Origin: an uncultured delta proteobacterium
GTDB taxonomy: Bacteria; Desulfobacterota; Desulfobacteria; Desulfobacterales; Desulfosalsimonadaceae
Direction: 5' to 3'
Assembly (NCBI GenBank): GCA_963826785.1
Contig: CAWGYD010000006.1
Location: 512,001 to 576,000, forward strand
DNA length: 64,000 bases
Positions 13,282 to 24,106 of this stretch are shown here, in pieces. A model generated the notes under the pieces. The model saw only the letters and a program-made list of their open reading frames with translations, did not search any database and was not told where the DNA came from. Numbering within the stretch: the stretch's first letter is position 1; the number at the start of each line of letters is the position of its first letter. Both the position numbers and the translations under genes were made by a program.

Positions 13282-14318
13282 CGAAAAACGAGGCGACCAG
13301 GAAGCCATGGTCGACCAGTATATCGCGCAGGGAGAAAACGATCAGGCCGTGCGTCTGCTGGTGAAACTGATCGAGGATTACGCCCGCGAAAAGAATTTTG
13401 TCAAAGCCGAGGCCCTGCATGAAAAGATTTATGAAGCCGATGCCATGGCGCTGACCGAAATCGTTCGGACGGGTGAATTCATTGAAGAGCAGAAGACCGA
13501 AAGCGTAGACCGCGAACATCTTGATATCTGGTCCGATCTTTACAACCAGCTGAGCACCACGGAAGGAAACGCACTGTACTATTCCATGAAAACCAAGGAA
13601 TTTGATATCGGTGAATCCGTGATGGAACAGGGGACTTTCAACAAGCGGCTCTATTTTCATCAACCGGGGCGAGGTCAAGGCCATCTATCGGCAGGAAAAC
13701 CGGGAAGTGCTCATCACCACCCTGGGGGCGGGCGGTATTTTCGGACAGGAATCCTTCTTTTCCGCCACCGTGTGCACGGTGGCGGTGGTCCCCCTGAGTC
13801 GGGTGAAGGTCACTTTTTTAAACTGGGACGTGCTCACCAAATGGAAATCCGATGTCCCCGCCCTGGAATCCAAGCTCTATGATTATTGCGTCAAGCACGA
13901 CACGATCAAGGCGAGCCTTGAAAAGCGGCAGATGGAGCGCCGTTCCCACAAGCGCGTGGATCTTTCCGGAGCCGTTGTCTTTACCCTGGTGGATAAAAAG
14001 GAGAAACCGGTGGGAAAGGAATACAGGGGGGAGCTTTCGGATCTTTCAGCAGGAGGGCTCTCTTTTGTCATTCGAAGCCCCAGAAAAGAATCGGTCCAGA
14101 TGCTTCTGGGGCGGCGCTTGAATATCCGGTTTACCCTGCCGCTTCAAAACGGCCAGGCCCGGAAGGTGGTTCAGAACATGAAGGTGATCGCCGCCCAGCC
14201 ATTGGTGTTTGACGATTATTCGCTTCACCTGAAGTTTGATATCAAATGGCATCAGAAAATGATCGACGAGATCGAACCCTCCCGTGCGGCCAAAAACGAC
14301 AGGCCGTATGTGGATTAA
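13274..14318 (+). CDS. Cyclic-nucleotide-binding domain + PilZ domain protein; extra T at ~13654-13657
   Basis: FDIGESVMEQG...LYFINRGEV...LGAGGIFGQ (cNMP fold); ERRSHKRV and DLSAGG (PilZ RxxxR / DxSxxG). Confidence 0.8.
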
Positions 14319-14421
14319 CCCCCCATACGGCCTGTAAGTATTTCTCGCTGTCAGCCGTCAGCTGCCGGCAGCTTTTAGAATCCATTTTTAAACGTCGGTC
14401 GTCAGTTTCCAAAAACCGATT

Positions 14422-15096
14422 TTACTGCCCTGCCACTTCCTTTCCGCAATGCTTGCAAACTTTAGCCCGGTCTTTGATGATTTCCGCGCAGAAGGGGCAT
14501 TCCCGGGTGCCATGCCGCTGGTGGATCTTGGCGATGGCCGAATCCACCTCATTTTGAAGCAGATCGTTTCCAAACCGGTGTGCGGCGATCAGGTCGATGG
14601 CATCCACCGGGGCGATGTCGCCCACGATTTCCGCGGCCTTGATTCGGACCCGGCTGGGTTGCGTCGGATCCATGAGCATTTGAACGACACTGACATCATT
14701 TTTCGAGCTATAGCATTCAGCCAGAATGCAGAAGCCTTTCTTGATGGCCTCCCTGATAGCCTCTTCCTGGGCCATGACCTCGTCATCGATGATCTGGCCC
14801 TGTGCGCCCATGGGGCTGAAGACCGGCATGGCCTCGAAGTTATCCCCCCGGGGGCTTTTGATGCACCGGTAGGAGGCCCGATGCGCATAATTTTCCATCA
14901 GGTGGTCCCATCCGCTGACGTACATGGGGCATTCATCATTAAAACAGACATACAGATAAGGCGAGTCCCATCCCAGGCCGTCGCTGAACGCAATCGGCGG
15001 TACTTCCCACAGGTGCATTTCCTGATGGCAGTGCGGGCAGGCAGGTTTTTCCTGATCCATAATTTTTTCAAGTACTTGTTCTTTGGTTTCAAACAT
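14422..15096 (-). CDS. Zinc-ribbon domain protein
   Basis: CPHC and CFNDEC near N-terminus; C-terminal CPFCAE...CKHCG. Confidence 0.7.
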   Translation of the reverse strand: MFETKEQVLEKIMDQEKPACPHCHQEMHLWEVPPIAFSDGLGWDSPYLYVCFNDECPMYVSGWDHLMENYAHRASYRCIKSPRGDNFEAMPVFSPMGAQGQIIDDEVMAQEEAIREAIKKGFCILAECYSSKNDVSVVQMLMDPTQPSRVRIKAAEIVGDIAPVDAIDLIAAHRFGNDLLQNEVDSAIAKIHQRHGTRECPFCAEIIKDRAKVCKHCGKEVAGQ

Positions 15097-15173
15097 GGCA
15101 ATTCCTCAAATGAAAACTCGGCGCAAGGCCGATGAATGGTTTAAAGGGAGTTCAACTGCGGGCGGATGAGGAA

Positions 15174-15656
15174 TCAGTCCTCTTCTTCCTCACCTGAATC
15201 CAGGGCTTCAGTATCATCCAGATCGTCAACCGTGCCCTCATCGTCATCTTCCAAGTCATCATCGATGTCAAGCGCGTCATCCTCTTCTTCCTCATCATCG
15301 AGCAGGGCATCGATTTCGACTTCATCCTCTTCCGCGGGAATAACGCCGTCTCCTTTTTTGAGCATCCTCACATCATCGAAGACTATTTCGGTAGCGGAAT
15401 CTCCATCATCCTTCTCATAGAGCGCGATAATGGAGTCTGCAATTTTATCCGCGTATTCCGCTATAGGATACAAATTGGGCGTTCTAAGTACCGACACCAG
15501 CGGACCTTTGCCCTCCTGGATCGCCGAGCCAATCGTCCGATTTTCGTAAGACTCCTCGCAGATAAGGGAAAACAGGTCTTTGTCGAGTTCAGCAAATTCC
15601 TGAATGGTCAGCTTTCCATTATCTGAGTCTTTCCGGATGGTGTATTTCTGCTTCAT
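15174..15656 (-). CDS. Hypothetical protein with highly acidic C-terminal tail
   Basis: MKQKYTI start after GGGGAG; D/E-rich tail. Confidence 0.7.
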   Translation of the reverse strand: MKQKYTIRKDSDNGKLTIQEFAELDKDLFSLICEESYENRTIGSAIQEGKGPLVSVLRTPNLYPIAEYADKIADSIIALYEKDDGDSATEIVFDDVRMLKKGDGVIPAEEDEVEIDALLDDEEEEDDALDIDDDLEDDDEGTVDDLDDTEALDSGEEEED

Positions 15657-15841
15657 GCGGTACTCCCCGTAATTTAAGGCCAATATAATGTTAAAAATCT
15701 GATTTTTCGCAAGATTGGGCGTTTTTTTAAGATGCCTCTATAATAAGAAAAAATAAGCGCATGTCAATATGCAATATAAAGCTGATATTTATAACTATAT
15801 AATATGGTTTATTATCCGAAACCCATCCGGATAAAAAAAGA

Positions 15842-15870
15842 TTGACCTCGGTTTTCAAAGTCTGTATAGG
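15842..15870 (+). promoter_or_regulatory. Promoter of tRNA-Ser pair
   Basis: TTGACC-N17-TATAGG just upstream of tRNA. Confidence 0.55.
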
Positions 15871-15888
15871 AGTCTTACACTTAAAAGG

Positions 15889-15974
15889 GGAGGGATGGCC
15901 GAGTGGTTTAAGGCGGCGGTCTTGAAAACCGTTGAGCGAAAGCTCCGTGGGTTCGAATCCTACTCCCTCCGCCA
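15889..15974 (+). tRNA. tRNA-Ser(TGA)
   Basis: GGAGGGA acceptor, GCGGT-CT-TGA-AA-ACCGT anticodon arm, long variable arm, GTTCGAATC, G-CCA end. Confidence 0.97.
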
Positions 15975-16034
15975 CGGAAACGCAATCAAGCAATGCCGGC
16001 TGCAATGCTTGGCGATATAAAAATATCAATTCAT

Positions 16035-16127
16035 GGAGAGATGGCCGAGTAGGCTGAAGGCGCTCGCCTGCTAAGCGAGTATATGGGGAAACCTGTATCG
16101 AGGGTTCGAATCCCTCTCTCTCCGCCA
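16035..16127 (+). tRNA. tRNA-Ser(GCT)
   Basis: GGAGAGA acceptor, CTCGC-CT-GCT-AA-GCGAG, long variable arm, GTTCGAATC, G-CCA end. Confidence 0.97.
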
Positions 16128-16132
16128 ATTCC

Positions 16133-16176
16133 AAGGGCTTAAGCCTGGTCATTCAGATCGGGTTTAAGCCCTTTTT
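16133..16176 (+). terminator. Terminator after tRNA-Ser(GCT)
   Basis: AAGGGCTTAAGCCTG...CGGGTTTAAGCCCTT then T-run. Confidence 0.75.
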
Positions 16177-16337
16177 CATTCAACGTGCACCTCCTGCCGG
16201 ACAACGATGTCCTCGACTTTTGCAGAGCAGGTCATATCCTATGGACGAATCATTTTGATTTCTTTTGCTTAATCGTATATTGTCTGTTCTTTTGTTTTTT
16301 TCTTGCGGCCTGTTGAAGATCGGGAAGAGATAAAGGC

Positions 16338-19190
16338 ATGAAAATGGATGGAAACTCGGATGCGGGTCCGCCCTTTCCGGATGCCGACGAAAATATTGTT
16401 CCGGCCGCATCGGCGTTTTCGGGCCGCACTTCGCGGCTGGCCTGGCTTCCGGTTCCGCTGTTTCTCGCAGCGATTGTCATTCTCCGCCTGGTTGAATTCA
16501 ATGGGGTGTACGAACCCGCCTATCTGCTGACTTTTCTGAATTTTTTCTTTTGCACGGCCATTTCCCTGTTTGTATCCATCCTGGCCGCCCGCGGTTTTGC
16601 CCGGAGCGGTCTGGCGCCGATCCTCCTGCTGGGCTGCGGCATGCTGGTGTTCGGCACCGTCAGCCTCATTGCGGCGGTGGCCATCCATTTCGAAAAAGTG
16701 AATACCGCACTGACCGTTTACAATACGGGCATGTTCCTGTCGGGCATCTGCCATCTTCTGGCCGCCGCATCCGCCATCCCCGCCGGCGGCCGAATCGACC
16801 GCCACGGATTTTTGGTAATCAGCGGGGCATACCTCTATGCCCTGTTCATGGTGGCACTGGTGTCGTATACGGCCGTGGAAGGACTCTCTCCATTGTTTTT
16901 CATACAGGGCAGCGGCCCCACCACCGTTCGGCAGGCAGTTCTCGGTTCCGCCGTGGGCATGTTCGCCCTGGCGGCCGTCATGCTGGTCTCCATCTCCCGC
17001 CGCCGCAGATGGGTGTTTGGATGGTGGTACGGCATTTCCCTGGGCCTGGTCGCCGTGGGGCTGTTCGGGGTGCTGATGATCAACAGCGTGGGAAGCCCCC
17101 TGGGATGGGTGGGACGGGCGGCCCAGTATCTGGGCGGCGTCTACATGCTGGTGGCCGTGGTGCTTTCCGCCCGGGAAAGCGGGACCTGGGATACGGCGCT
17201 GCAAGTGGCCCTGTGGGAAAGCCGGGAACGTTTTAAAGTGCTTTCAGAAGCCACTTTCGAGGGGATCGTTATCAGTGATCACGGCATCATTATCGATTCC
17301 AACGAGCAGATCGCCCGCATGCTCGATTATTCGCCTGGCGCAATTATCGGCATGCGGATTGTGGATTTCATTTCCGAGGAGGACCGCCCGTCAGTCATGG
17401 AGAATATTGAACAGGGGCGGGAAGTGAGCATGGAGAAACGGCTGGTCTGCAGGGATGGTTCCCGGATCATCGTTGAGGTCCATGGAAGGACCATTTCCCG
17501 GGGCCGCCGAAAAGTGCGGATTACCGCCATCCGCGACATCACTCAGCGGAAGAAGACGGAGGCGGCCCTCCGGGAAAGCGAAGAGCGGCTGCGGGTGGCG
17601 GCTGAATCCGCCGGCGTGGGAATGTGGTACTGGAATATTGAAGAAGACCGGCTGGACCTGACAGCCCAGACCTATCGACTTTTCGGGCTGCCGGCGGAAG
17701 AAAAATACGGTTTGGATCAACTTGAACGCTATATTCATCCGGAAGATCTTTCCAACGTGCGGCAGATCACGAAAAAGGGGTTGACCCACGGCGGATTCCA
17801 CGAAATTCATTACCGGATCATCCGCCCCGACGGTCAGTTGCGCTGGGTGCAGGCCCGGGCGACGACCCATGTGGATGAAACCGGTCGGCCCCTGCGCAAT
17901 ATCGGGGTATTGCTCGATATCACCGAAATCAAGCAGGCCGAGCAGTCGCTGCGAAGTGCCCGGGATGAACTGGAGCAGCGGGTGGAAGACCGGACAGCCG
18001 AACTCCGCCACCGGGCCGATCAGCTCGCCCGGCTGACTTCGGAGTTGACCATGGCCGAACAGCGGGAGCGGCGGCGTCTGGCCCAGGTGCTTCATGATCA
18101 CCTCCAGCAGCTGCTGGCCGGGGCGAAACTCCGGGTGGACATCCTGGCCATGGATGTCCCGGCGGCGAAAAAGAAAGCGGTCATGCAGGTGGAGGAATTG
18201 CTGAACGAGGCGCTCCAGGCATCGCGCTCACTGACGATGGAACTGTCGCCGCCCATTCTGTACGAGGCCGGGCTGGGTCCCGGGCTGAACTGGCTGGCCC
18301 GGCAGATGGCGGAAAAGCATGGATTGAAAGTGCGCCTTTCTGCAGAAGCAGGCGTGGATGCCGACCGGGAAGACCTCCGGGTGCTCATTTTCCAGTCCGT
18401 CCGTGAATTGCTGTTTAATTCGGTCAAGCATGCCGGCGTAAATGAGGCCGGGGTGGCGCTTGCCCTTGAGGATGAAAATCACCTGCGGGTCAGCGTATGG
18501 GATCATGGTATTGGATTCGATCCGGACGGGATCTTCAACATCGATCGGGTTGAAGGCGGATTCGGGCTCTTTTCCATTCGTGAGCGGCTCAGCCTGCTGG
18601 GCGGCCGGATGGAAATTGACAGTGCCCCCGGCCGGGGGGCGAGGTTTACGCTGGTGGCGCCGCGATATCTGGAATCCGGGCGCCGCAGGCCGGTCGATGC
18701 CGATGTCGATCTTCCGCGCCGCGGTCATTCCGAAAAAGAAACCCGTCATGAGAAGAAAAAATCAGAAGCGGGAAAGATCCGGATCCTGGTGGTCGATGAT
18801 CATTCGGTCATGCGGCAGGGCCTGGTCTCCTTTTTGTCCGGGCAGGCGGATATCGAGGTGGCTGGAGAGGCGGAAAACGGCCGGGAGGCCGTGGCCAAAG
18901 CGCGCGATTTGCGCCCCGATGTCATCCTGATGGACTATTCCATGCCGGAAATGGATGGTTTGGAAGCCACCCGCATCATTCATCGTGAATTTTCCCACAT
19001 CCGCATCATCGCTCTGTCCATGTATGCCGAGGCGGACCGGGCCGGGGCCATGATGGAAGCGGGGGCATCCGCCTACATCAGCAAAAGCGGGCGGTCCGAG
19101 GAGATGCTGACCGCGGTGCGGGGTGCGTCAAAGGGCGGGCCGCACGCCCGGGATCAGTTTATTCCGGCGGCAAATACCTGCACGCAGTAG
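16338..19190 (+). CDS. Hybrid sensor histidine kinase (membrane sensor, 2 PAS, HisKA_3-type, HATPase, REC)
   Basis: Multiple TM helices; PAS motifs; ERRRLAQVLHDHLQQ; DHGIGF, GFGLFSIRER; VVDDH...LMDYSMPEMDG. Confidence 0.9.
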   Translation: MKMDGNSDAGPPFPDADENIVPAASAFSGRTSRLAWLPVPLFLAAIVILRLVEFNGVYEPAYLLTFLNFFFCTAISLFVSILAARGFARSGLAPILLLGCGMLVFGTVSLIAAVAIHFEKVNTALTVYNTGMFLSGICHLLAAASAIPAGGRIDRHGFLVISGAYLYALFMVALVSYTAVEGLSPLFFIQGSGPTTVRQAVLGSAVGMFALAAVMLVSISRRRRWVFGWWYGISLGLVAVGLFGVLMINSVGSPLGWVGRAAQYLGGVYMLVAVVLSARESGTWDTALQVALWESRERFKVLSEATFEGIVISDHGIIIDSNEQIARMLDYSPGAIIGMRIVDFISEEDRPSVMENIEQGREVSMEKRLVCRDGSRIIVEVHGRTISRGRRKVRITAIRDITQRKKTEAALRESEERLRVAAESAGVGMWYWNIEEDRLDLTAQTYRLFGLPAEEKYGLDQLERYIHPEDLSNVRQITKKGLTHGGFHEIHYRIIRPDGQLRWVQARATTHVDETGRPLRNIGVLLDITEIKQAEQSLRSARDELEQRVEDRTAELRHRADQLARLTSELTMAEQRERRRLAQVLHDHLQQLLAGAKLRVDILAMDVPAAKKKAVMQVEELLNEALQASRSLTMELSPPILYEAGLGPGLNWLARQMAEKHGLKVRLSAEAGVDADREDLRVLIFQSVRELLFNSVKHAGVNEAGVALALEDENHLRVSVWDHGIGFDPDGIFNIDRVEGGFGLFSIRERLSLLGGRMEIDSAPGRGARFTLVAPRYLESGRRRPVDADVDLPRRGHSEKETRHEKKKSEAGKIRILVVDDHSVMRQGLVSFLSGQADIEVAGEAENGREAVAKARDLRPDVILMDYSMPEMDGLEATRIIHREFSHIRIIALSMYAEADRAGAMMEAGASAYISKSGRSEEMLTAVRGASKGGPHARDQFIPAANTCTQ

Positions 19191-19843
19191 AATTTGTCCA
19201 TGCCCATCCCCTGGGTCTGGTGCTTGACACAGCCGGCGCCGAGATACCCGGCTTCGGGGGCCAGGATGTTTTGCCGGTGTGCCGGGGAGTCCATCCACTG
19301 ATCCAGCAGGGTCTGTGCAAACGAGCGGTAGGTATGCGAAGGGATGGGTGCTCCGTCGGGAGTTTCGGAGAACAGGGGCCTTGGATTTTCCTGAACGATA
19401 AATACGCGCGTTCCCGCATCATATTGGATGCCAAAGTGGGTGGCCACATTTTCCGCCACATAGCGGGGTGCAATCCCGGCCGCCCGGACCCGGTCCAGGG
19501 GGGTGCGCAGCGCCGGATCATCGGGGTTGACGTGGGACAGGTACTGCCCCCTGGCCATGTTTCGGGCATGGATCAGCGCGGCCTCATCCAGCCGGTAATC
19601 GTGCCGGAGCCGATCCAGCCCCTCTGCGGCCCGCCGCTGGTTGGTGGCATGGAATACGGCGGCCGAAAGCAGCTCCTGATCGATGTGGCCGTCTGCTATG
19701 GGGGAGCGCACTTTTTCGAGCTTGAAAAAAGTGTCGGCCGGCATGCCATAGAGGGAATCCGGCGGCTGCGCCAAGACGGTATCGGTCGGAAAGACCGAAG
19801 CCGCAAGGCCCAAAAGCATAAAAACAATTATTATTCTCAACAT
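19154..19843 (-). CDS. Secreted CAP/SCP domain protein
   Basis: Signal peptide; TNQRRA, HARNMA, LSHVN, AENV, WMDSPAHRQNIL, YCVQVF. Confidence 0.85.
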   Translation of the reverse strand: MLRIIIVFMLLGLAASVFPTDTVLAQPPDSLYGMPADTFFKLEKVRSPIADGHIDQELLSAAVFHATNQRRAAEGLDRLRHDYRLDEAALIHARNMARGQYLSHVNPDDPALRTPLDRVRAAGIAPRYVAENVATHFGIQYDAGTRVFIVQENPRPLFSETPDGAPIPSHTYRSFAQTLLDQWMDSPAHRQNILAPEAGYLGAGCVKHQTQGMGMDKFYCVQVFAAGIN

Positions 19844-19891
19844 CGGGATAAACATCCTCCAATTCCGTATCAACAGGTTTGCACCTTCATT

Positions 19892-20860
19892 TCACCCGGC
19901 GGCCCTTCCGGTCGGCGCTCCAAAACCCTGATCCCCTGCCGCAGATCTTCGCTCCGCCAACGTTTTTTGGATCAAATGAAGCGTTTCTGTCTTGTCCAGG
20001 CACCATTGGGGGGCAACCAGTTCCTGCGGGTGGGGATCGCCGGTGAGCCGTTGGATCACCACATTTTCCGGCGTGCGGGCCAGAAATTCGCAGACCGCAT
20101 CCACATATTGGCTCCTGGACATGCAGGCAAACCGGCCCTCCTGATACCATTTCTCAAGGACTGTTCCCCGCACCACATACAGCAGGTGCAGCTTTAAACC
20201 GTCAATGCCCAGATCGGAAAGGGCGTCGGCGGTTTGCATCATGTGCTGCTCCGTCTCGCCGGGAAGCCCCAGGATCACGTGGGCGCAGACTGGAATGCCC
20301 CGGCTGCGCGTGGCGCTGACTGCGTCCGCAAAAGCACGGAAATCATGGCCCCGGTTGATTTTGTGCAGGGTCTCGTCGTGGGCGGACTGCAGGCCGTATT
20401 CCACCCACACCAGACGGTTTCGGGCATATGCTTCCAAAAGGTCTAAGATCTCTTCATTGACGCAGTCCGGCCGGGTGCCGATGGACAGCCCCACCACCGC
20501 TTCATCGGCCAGGGCTTCCTCGTAGATGGCCTTTAGCACCGGCACGGGCGCATAGGTGTTGGAAAATGCCTGAAAATAGGCGATGAATTTCCTGGCCTTG
20601 TATTTTTTGCCCAGCCTGGCCTTGCCCCCGGCGATCTGGCGGGCAATGGAGAGCCCCTGTTCATGCGCCCCGGTACCCGAACCCCTGGCGTTGCAGTAGA
20701 TGCAGCCGCCGACGGAAAGGGTTCCGTCCCGGTTGGGGCAGGTCATTCCCGCATCGACGGTGATCTTCTGGACGCGGCACCCGAACCGGCCGCGAAGATA
20801 CGTATTGAAGTCATAATACCGGCTGTTCATCACCGGGGGGGAAACATCGCCTTTTATCAT
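19892..20860 (-). CDS. TIGR01212-type (YhcC/YtqA-like) radical SAM protein; start could be 20830
   Basis: TCPNRDG...GCIYC motif, YFQAFSNTY, IGTRPDC, GLQS, KLHLL. Confidence 0.88.
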   Translation of the reverse strand: MIKGDVSPPVMNSRYYDFNTYLRGRFGCRVQKITVDAGMTCPNRDGTLSVGGCIYCNARGSGTGAHEQGLSIARQIAGGKARLGKKYKARKFIAYFQAFSNTYAPVPVLKAIYEEALADEAVVGLSIGTRPDCVNEEILDLLEAYARNRLVWVEYGLQSAHDETLHKINRGHDFRAFADAVSATRSRGIPVCAHVILGLPGETEQHMMQTADALSDLGIDGLKLHLLYVVRGTVLEKWYQEGRFACMSRSQYVDAVCEFLARTPENVVIQRLTGDPHPQELVAPQWCLDKTETLHLIQKTLAERRSAAGDQGFGAPTGRAAG

Positions 20861-21015
20861 AAAAATCTCTTTTCTTTTTGAAAACATATATCATAAAATA
20901 TGCGTTTGTCCATGGAGACGCTCTTTGAAAGCCTGGACTTTTTTTCGTGAACGTGCGCATGCACGACCGCTTCGTTAATCATTACCGGCACCCCTTTACG
21001 GGTGCATAAAGCATC

Positions 21016-22920
21016 ATGAATATAATGAATACCTATCCAACAACATATGACATCATCGTGGTGGGCGCCGGCCATGCCGGATGCGAGGCGGCGCTGGCTT
21101 CCGCGCGCATGGGATGCCGGGTGCTGATGCTGGCCATCGACCTGGACAAGGTCGCCGCCATGCCGTGCAGCCCCTCCATCGGCGGAATGGCCAAGGGGCA
21201 GCTGGTCAAGGAAATCGATGCCCTGGGGGGAGAGATGGCCAAGGTCGGCGACCGGACCGCCATCCATTACCGGAAGCTCAACACCAGAAAAGGCCCGGCA
21301 GTGCAATCGTCGCGAACCCAGAACGACAAGGCCCGGTATCACATGGCCATGAAGGCGGTGGTGGAAGCAACCCCGGGGCTGGACGTGAAGCAGGCCCTGG
21401 TGGAGACGCTGGTGATCGAAGGCAATTGCATCCGGGGGGTTGTCGACCAGACCGGATACGGGTTTGAGGCATCTGCCGTAATCCTGGCCACGGGCACCTT
21501 CCTGAGCGGGCTGATCCACATCGGGGATCGGTCGTTTCAGGCCGGGCGGGCGGGAGAGTTTGCCTCCTATGCGCTTGCCGGACAAATAAAGCAGCTGGGA
21601 ATTGCCATGGGCCGCATGAAAACCGGCACTCCGCCCCGCATCCACCGGGCCAGCATCGATTTTAGCCGGCTGGAGCGGCACGACGGAGATACACCGGTCC
21701 CCCTGTCCTGTTTCACCGATAAATTTTTTCTGCCCCAGCTTCCCAGCTACATGGGAAGGGCGAATCAGAAGACCATTGCCATCGTGCAGAAAAATCTCGA
21801 CCACTCGGCCCTTTACGGGGGCCGGATCAGCGGTATTTCCGCCCGTTACTGCCCCTCTTTCGAGGATAAAGTAGTCAAGTTTCCGGAACGGGACGGTCAC
21901 CAGGTGATTTTCGAGCCCGAGGGGATCGACACGGAAGAGATATACGCCAGCGGTCTGGGCAACAGCATGCCCGTGGAGATCCAGCTGGAGATGGTCCGCT
22001 CCATCGAGGGGCTGGAATCGGCAGAAATCATCCGGCCGGCCTATGCCATCGAATATGATTACGTCAATCCGCTCCAGCTCCTGCCCACCCTGGAAACCAA
22101 GAAAATAAGGGGCCTGTATCTGGCGGGCCAGATCAACGGCACCTCCGGATATGAAGAGGCCGCCGCCCAGGGATTGTGGGCGGGGATCAACGCGGCCAGC
22201 AGGATCCAGGGCCGCCCGGCCTTTATACTGGACCGGTCCCAGGCCTACATGGGGGTGATGATCGATGACCTGGTCACCCGGGGGACCAAGGAACCCTACC
22301 GGATGTTTACTTCCCGGGCCGAATACCGCCTGATGCTTCGGGAGGACAATGCGGATCTTCGGCTGATGGAGATGGGCCACGAACTGGGTTTGATCGGGTT
22401 GGAAACGATTCAGGGTCTGCGGGAACGAAAGAAGCAGATCGCAGATGAAATCGACCGGGTCCGCCGGACGGTTATCAAGCCCGCGCCGGCGGTCAACGCG
22501 TATCTGCGGTCCTGCGGTTCGCCCGAAATCGATAACGGCACCCATCTGGAGCAGCTGCTCAAGCGAAGCGAATTGAACTATGATGCGGTCATGGCCCTTG
22601 CGCCGCCTGATTTGCCTCCTTTGCCCCGGGTTTCCCAGCAGGTGGAGATCGAATTCAAGTACGAGGGCTACATCCGCATACAAAAACGGGCCATCGACCA
22701 GTTCAGGGAACTCGAGTATGTCAAAATTCCGGCGGATTTCGCGTATGACACTGTCCACGGGCTCTCCAATGAACTCCGGGAAAAACTTTCCGCCACCAGA
22801 CCGGTCTCTCTGGGGCAGGCCTCCCGCATCGAGGGGATCACGCCGGCGGCCCTGTCCGTGCTCATGGTGGCCTTAAAATCCCGCAGGCAGACCGGCGGGC
22901 AGTCCTTGACATCATCGTGA
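21016..22920 (+). CDS. mnmG: tRNA uridine-5-carboxymethylaminomethyl modification enzyme MnmG
   Basis: [58 protein letters not shown]. Confidence 0.97.
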   Translation: MNIMNTYPTTYDIIVVGAGHAGCEAALASARMGCRVLMLAIDLDKVAAMPCSPSIGGMAKGQLVKEIDALGGEMAKVGDRTAIHYRKLNTRKGPAVQSSRTQNDKARYHMAMKAVVEATPGLDVKQALVETLVIEGNCIRGVVDQTGYGFEASAVILATGTFLSGLIHIGDRSFQAGRAGEFASYALAGQIKQLGIAMGRMKTGTPPRIHRASIDFSRLERHDGDTPVPLSCFTDKFFLPQLPSYMGRANQKTIAIVQKNLDHSALYGGRISGISARYCPSFEDKVVKFPERDGHQVIFEPEGIDTEEIYASGLGNSMPVEIQLEMVRSIEGLESAEIIRPAYAIEYDYVNPLQLLPTLETKKIRGLYLAGQINGTSGYEEAAAQGLWAGINAASRIQGRPAFILDRSQAYMGVMIDDLVTRGTKEPYRMFTSRAEYRLMLREDNADLRLMEMGHELGLIGLETIQGLRERKKQIADEIDRVRRTVIKPAPAVNAYLRSCGSPEIDNGTHLEQLLKRSELNYDAVMALAPPDLPPLPRVSQQVEIEFKYEGYIRIQKRAIDQFRELEYVKIPADFAYDTVHGLSNELREKLSATRPVSLGQASRIEGITPAALSVLMVALKSRRQTGGQSLTSS

Positions 22921-22998
22921 GAATTCTTATTGTATGGCTTATATAACTCATTGTTTTTGTAATTATTAGTATCAATTGGAGACGGAGAAACCAGGCAT

Positions 22999-23961
22999 AT
23001 GGCCCAAACGGATTATTACCAGATACTCGGCATCAGTAAGAATGCATCCGATGCGGATATCAAGAAAGCCTACCGCAAACTGGCCATGAAACATCACCCG
23101 GATCATGCAAAGGGGAACAAGGCCAGCGAGGAAAAATTCAAGCAGATCAGTGAAGCCTACGCCGTGCTGAGCGACCCGGAGAAGCGGAAGCAGTATGATA
23201 CCTACGGGTCGGAGGATTTCCAGCAGCGCTTCAGCCAGGAGGACATCTTCAGGGGGTCCAACGTCGAGGACATTCTCCGGGAGTTCGGTTTCGGGGGCGG
23301 GGGCGGGTCGTTTTTCACCAGCTTCGGGCGGGGCAAGCGGGCTGCGGGCACTCGTTCGAACCGGTTCTCCTTTGACCCGGGTTCGGTGTTCGGTTTCGGG
23401 GGCGGGGGCGGCGGTCAGCAGCAGGCCGCCCAGATGAAGGGATCGGACATGGAATACGAAATGCCGTTGCGGCTTCAGGAAATCGCTTCGGGCACCACAA
23501 AGAGCGTCACCCTGCAGATGCCCACCGGGGAAACTGAGACGCTGACGGTTAAAATTCCCAAGGGGATGGTGACCGGAAAAAAACTGCGCATATCCGGCAA
23601 GGGCCAGCCCAGCCCCTATGGCGGGCCTCCCGGGGACCTGTTCATCAAGGCGAAGGTGATGGAAGATCCTGTATTCAAGCAGGAAGACCATGATCTGACC
23701 ATCACCAAGAAAATCAAGCTGACCGACGCACTGCTCGGCACCACGGTCACCGTTCCCACCCTGGACGGCAAGGATCTCAGCCTGAAAATTCCGCCCGGAA
23801 CCCGGCACAAGAACCGTCTGCGCCTGGCCGGGCACGGCATCCCCCACATGAAAGGAAGCGGTTCCGGGAACCTGTTCGTGGAAGTCCATGTGACCATGCC
23901 CAAACATCTGGATGATCAGCAGCGGTCGCTGGTGGAAAAGCTGCAGGAGTCCGGTCTGTAA
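22999..23961 (+). CDS. DnaJ-class co-chaperone without zinc finger (CbpA-like)
   Basis: DYYQILG, HPD, G/F-rich linker, DnaJ C-terminal domains, no CxxCxGxG repeats. Confidence 0.9.
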   Translation: MAQTDYYQILGISKNASDADIKKAYRKLAMKHHPDHAKGNKASEEKFKQISEAYAVLSDPEKRKQYDTYGSEDFQQRFSQEDIFRGSNVEDILREFGFGGGGGSFFTSFGRGKRAAGTRSNRFSFDPGSVFGFGGGGGGQQQAAQMKGSDMEYEMPLRLQEIASGTTKSVTLQMPTGETETLTVKIPKGMVTGKKLRISGKGQPSPYGGPPGDLFIKAKVMEDPVFKQEDHDLTITKKIKLTDALLGTTVTVPTLDGKDLSLKIPPGTRHKNRLRLAGHGIPHMKGSGSGNLFVEVHVTMPKHLDDQQRSLVEKLQESGL

Positions 23962-23988
23962 TTCATAATCGTCATCATTGGATATGAG

Positions 23989-24018
23989 AAGCGGGGTTTA
24001 ATTCCCCGCTTTTTTTTT
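23989..24018 (+). terminator. Rho-independent terminator
   Basis: AAGCGGGG-loop-CCCCGCTT + long T-run. Confidence 0.85.
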
Positions 24019-24077
24019 GCCATCTGGACTCCCGTTCGCCGGGCGTCGATCCTGTTCGGAAGAATGCGGCAAATTTA

Positions 24078-24106
24078 TTGACAAAAGTAGTGCCGCCCTG
24101 TATGGT
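24078..24106 (+). promoter_or_regulatory. Sigma70 promoter upstream of hpt
   Basis: TTGACA-N17-TATGGT. Confidence 0.6.

Noticed and set aside
14347..14410. Short degenerate heptamer-like repeats (CTGTCAG CCGTCAG CTG...), with similar low-complexity bits near 5960-6000 and 59800-59870
   Set aside because: Too short and degenerate to support a defined element
15727..16152. 141-aa minus-strand ORF
   Set aside because: It is the antisense reading of the two tRNA-Ser genes
15889..16200. Prophage or integrative element at the tRNA-Ser genes
   Set aside because: No integrase, phage genes or visible att duplication in the window
20857..22758. Long antisense ORFs (633 aa opposite mnmG; similar ones opposite gpmI, the acyl-CoA dehydrogenase and the acyl-CoA ligase)
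   Set aside because: Shadow frames expected from high-GC codon bias; no motifs or RBS
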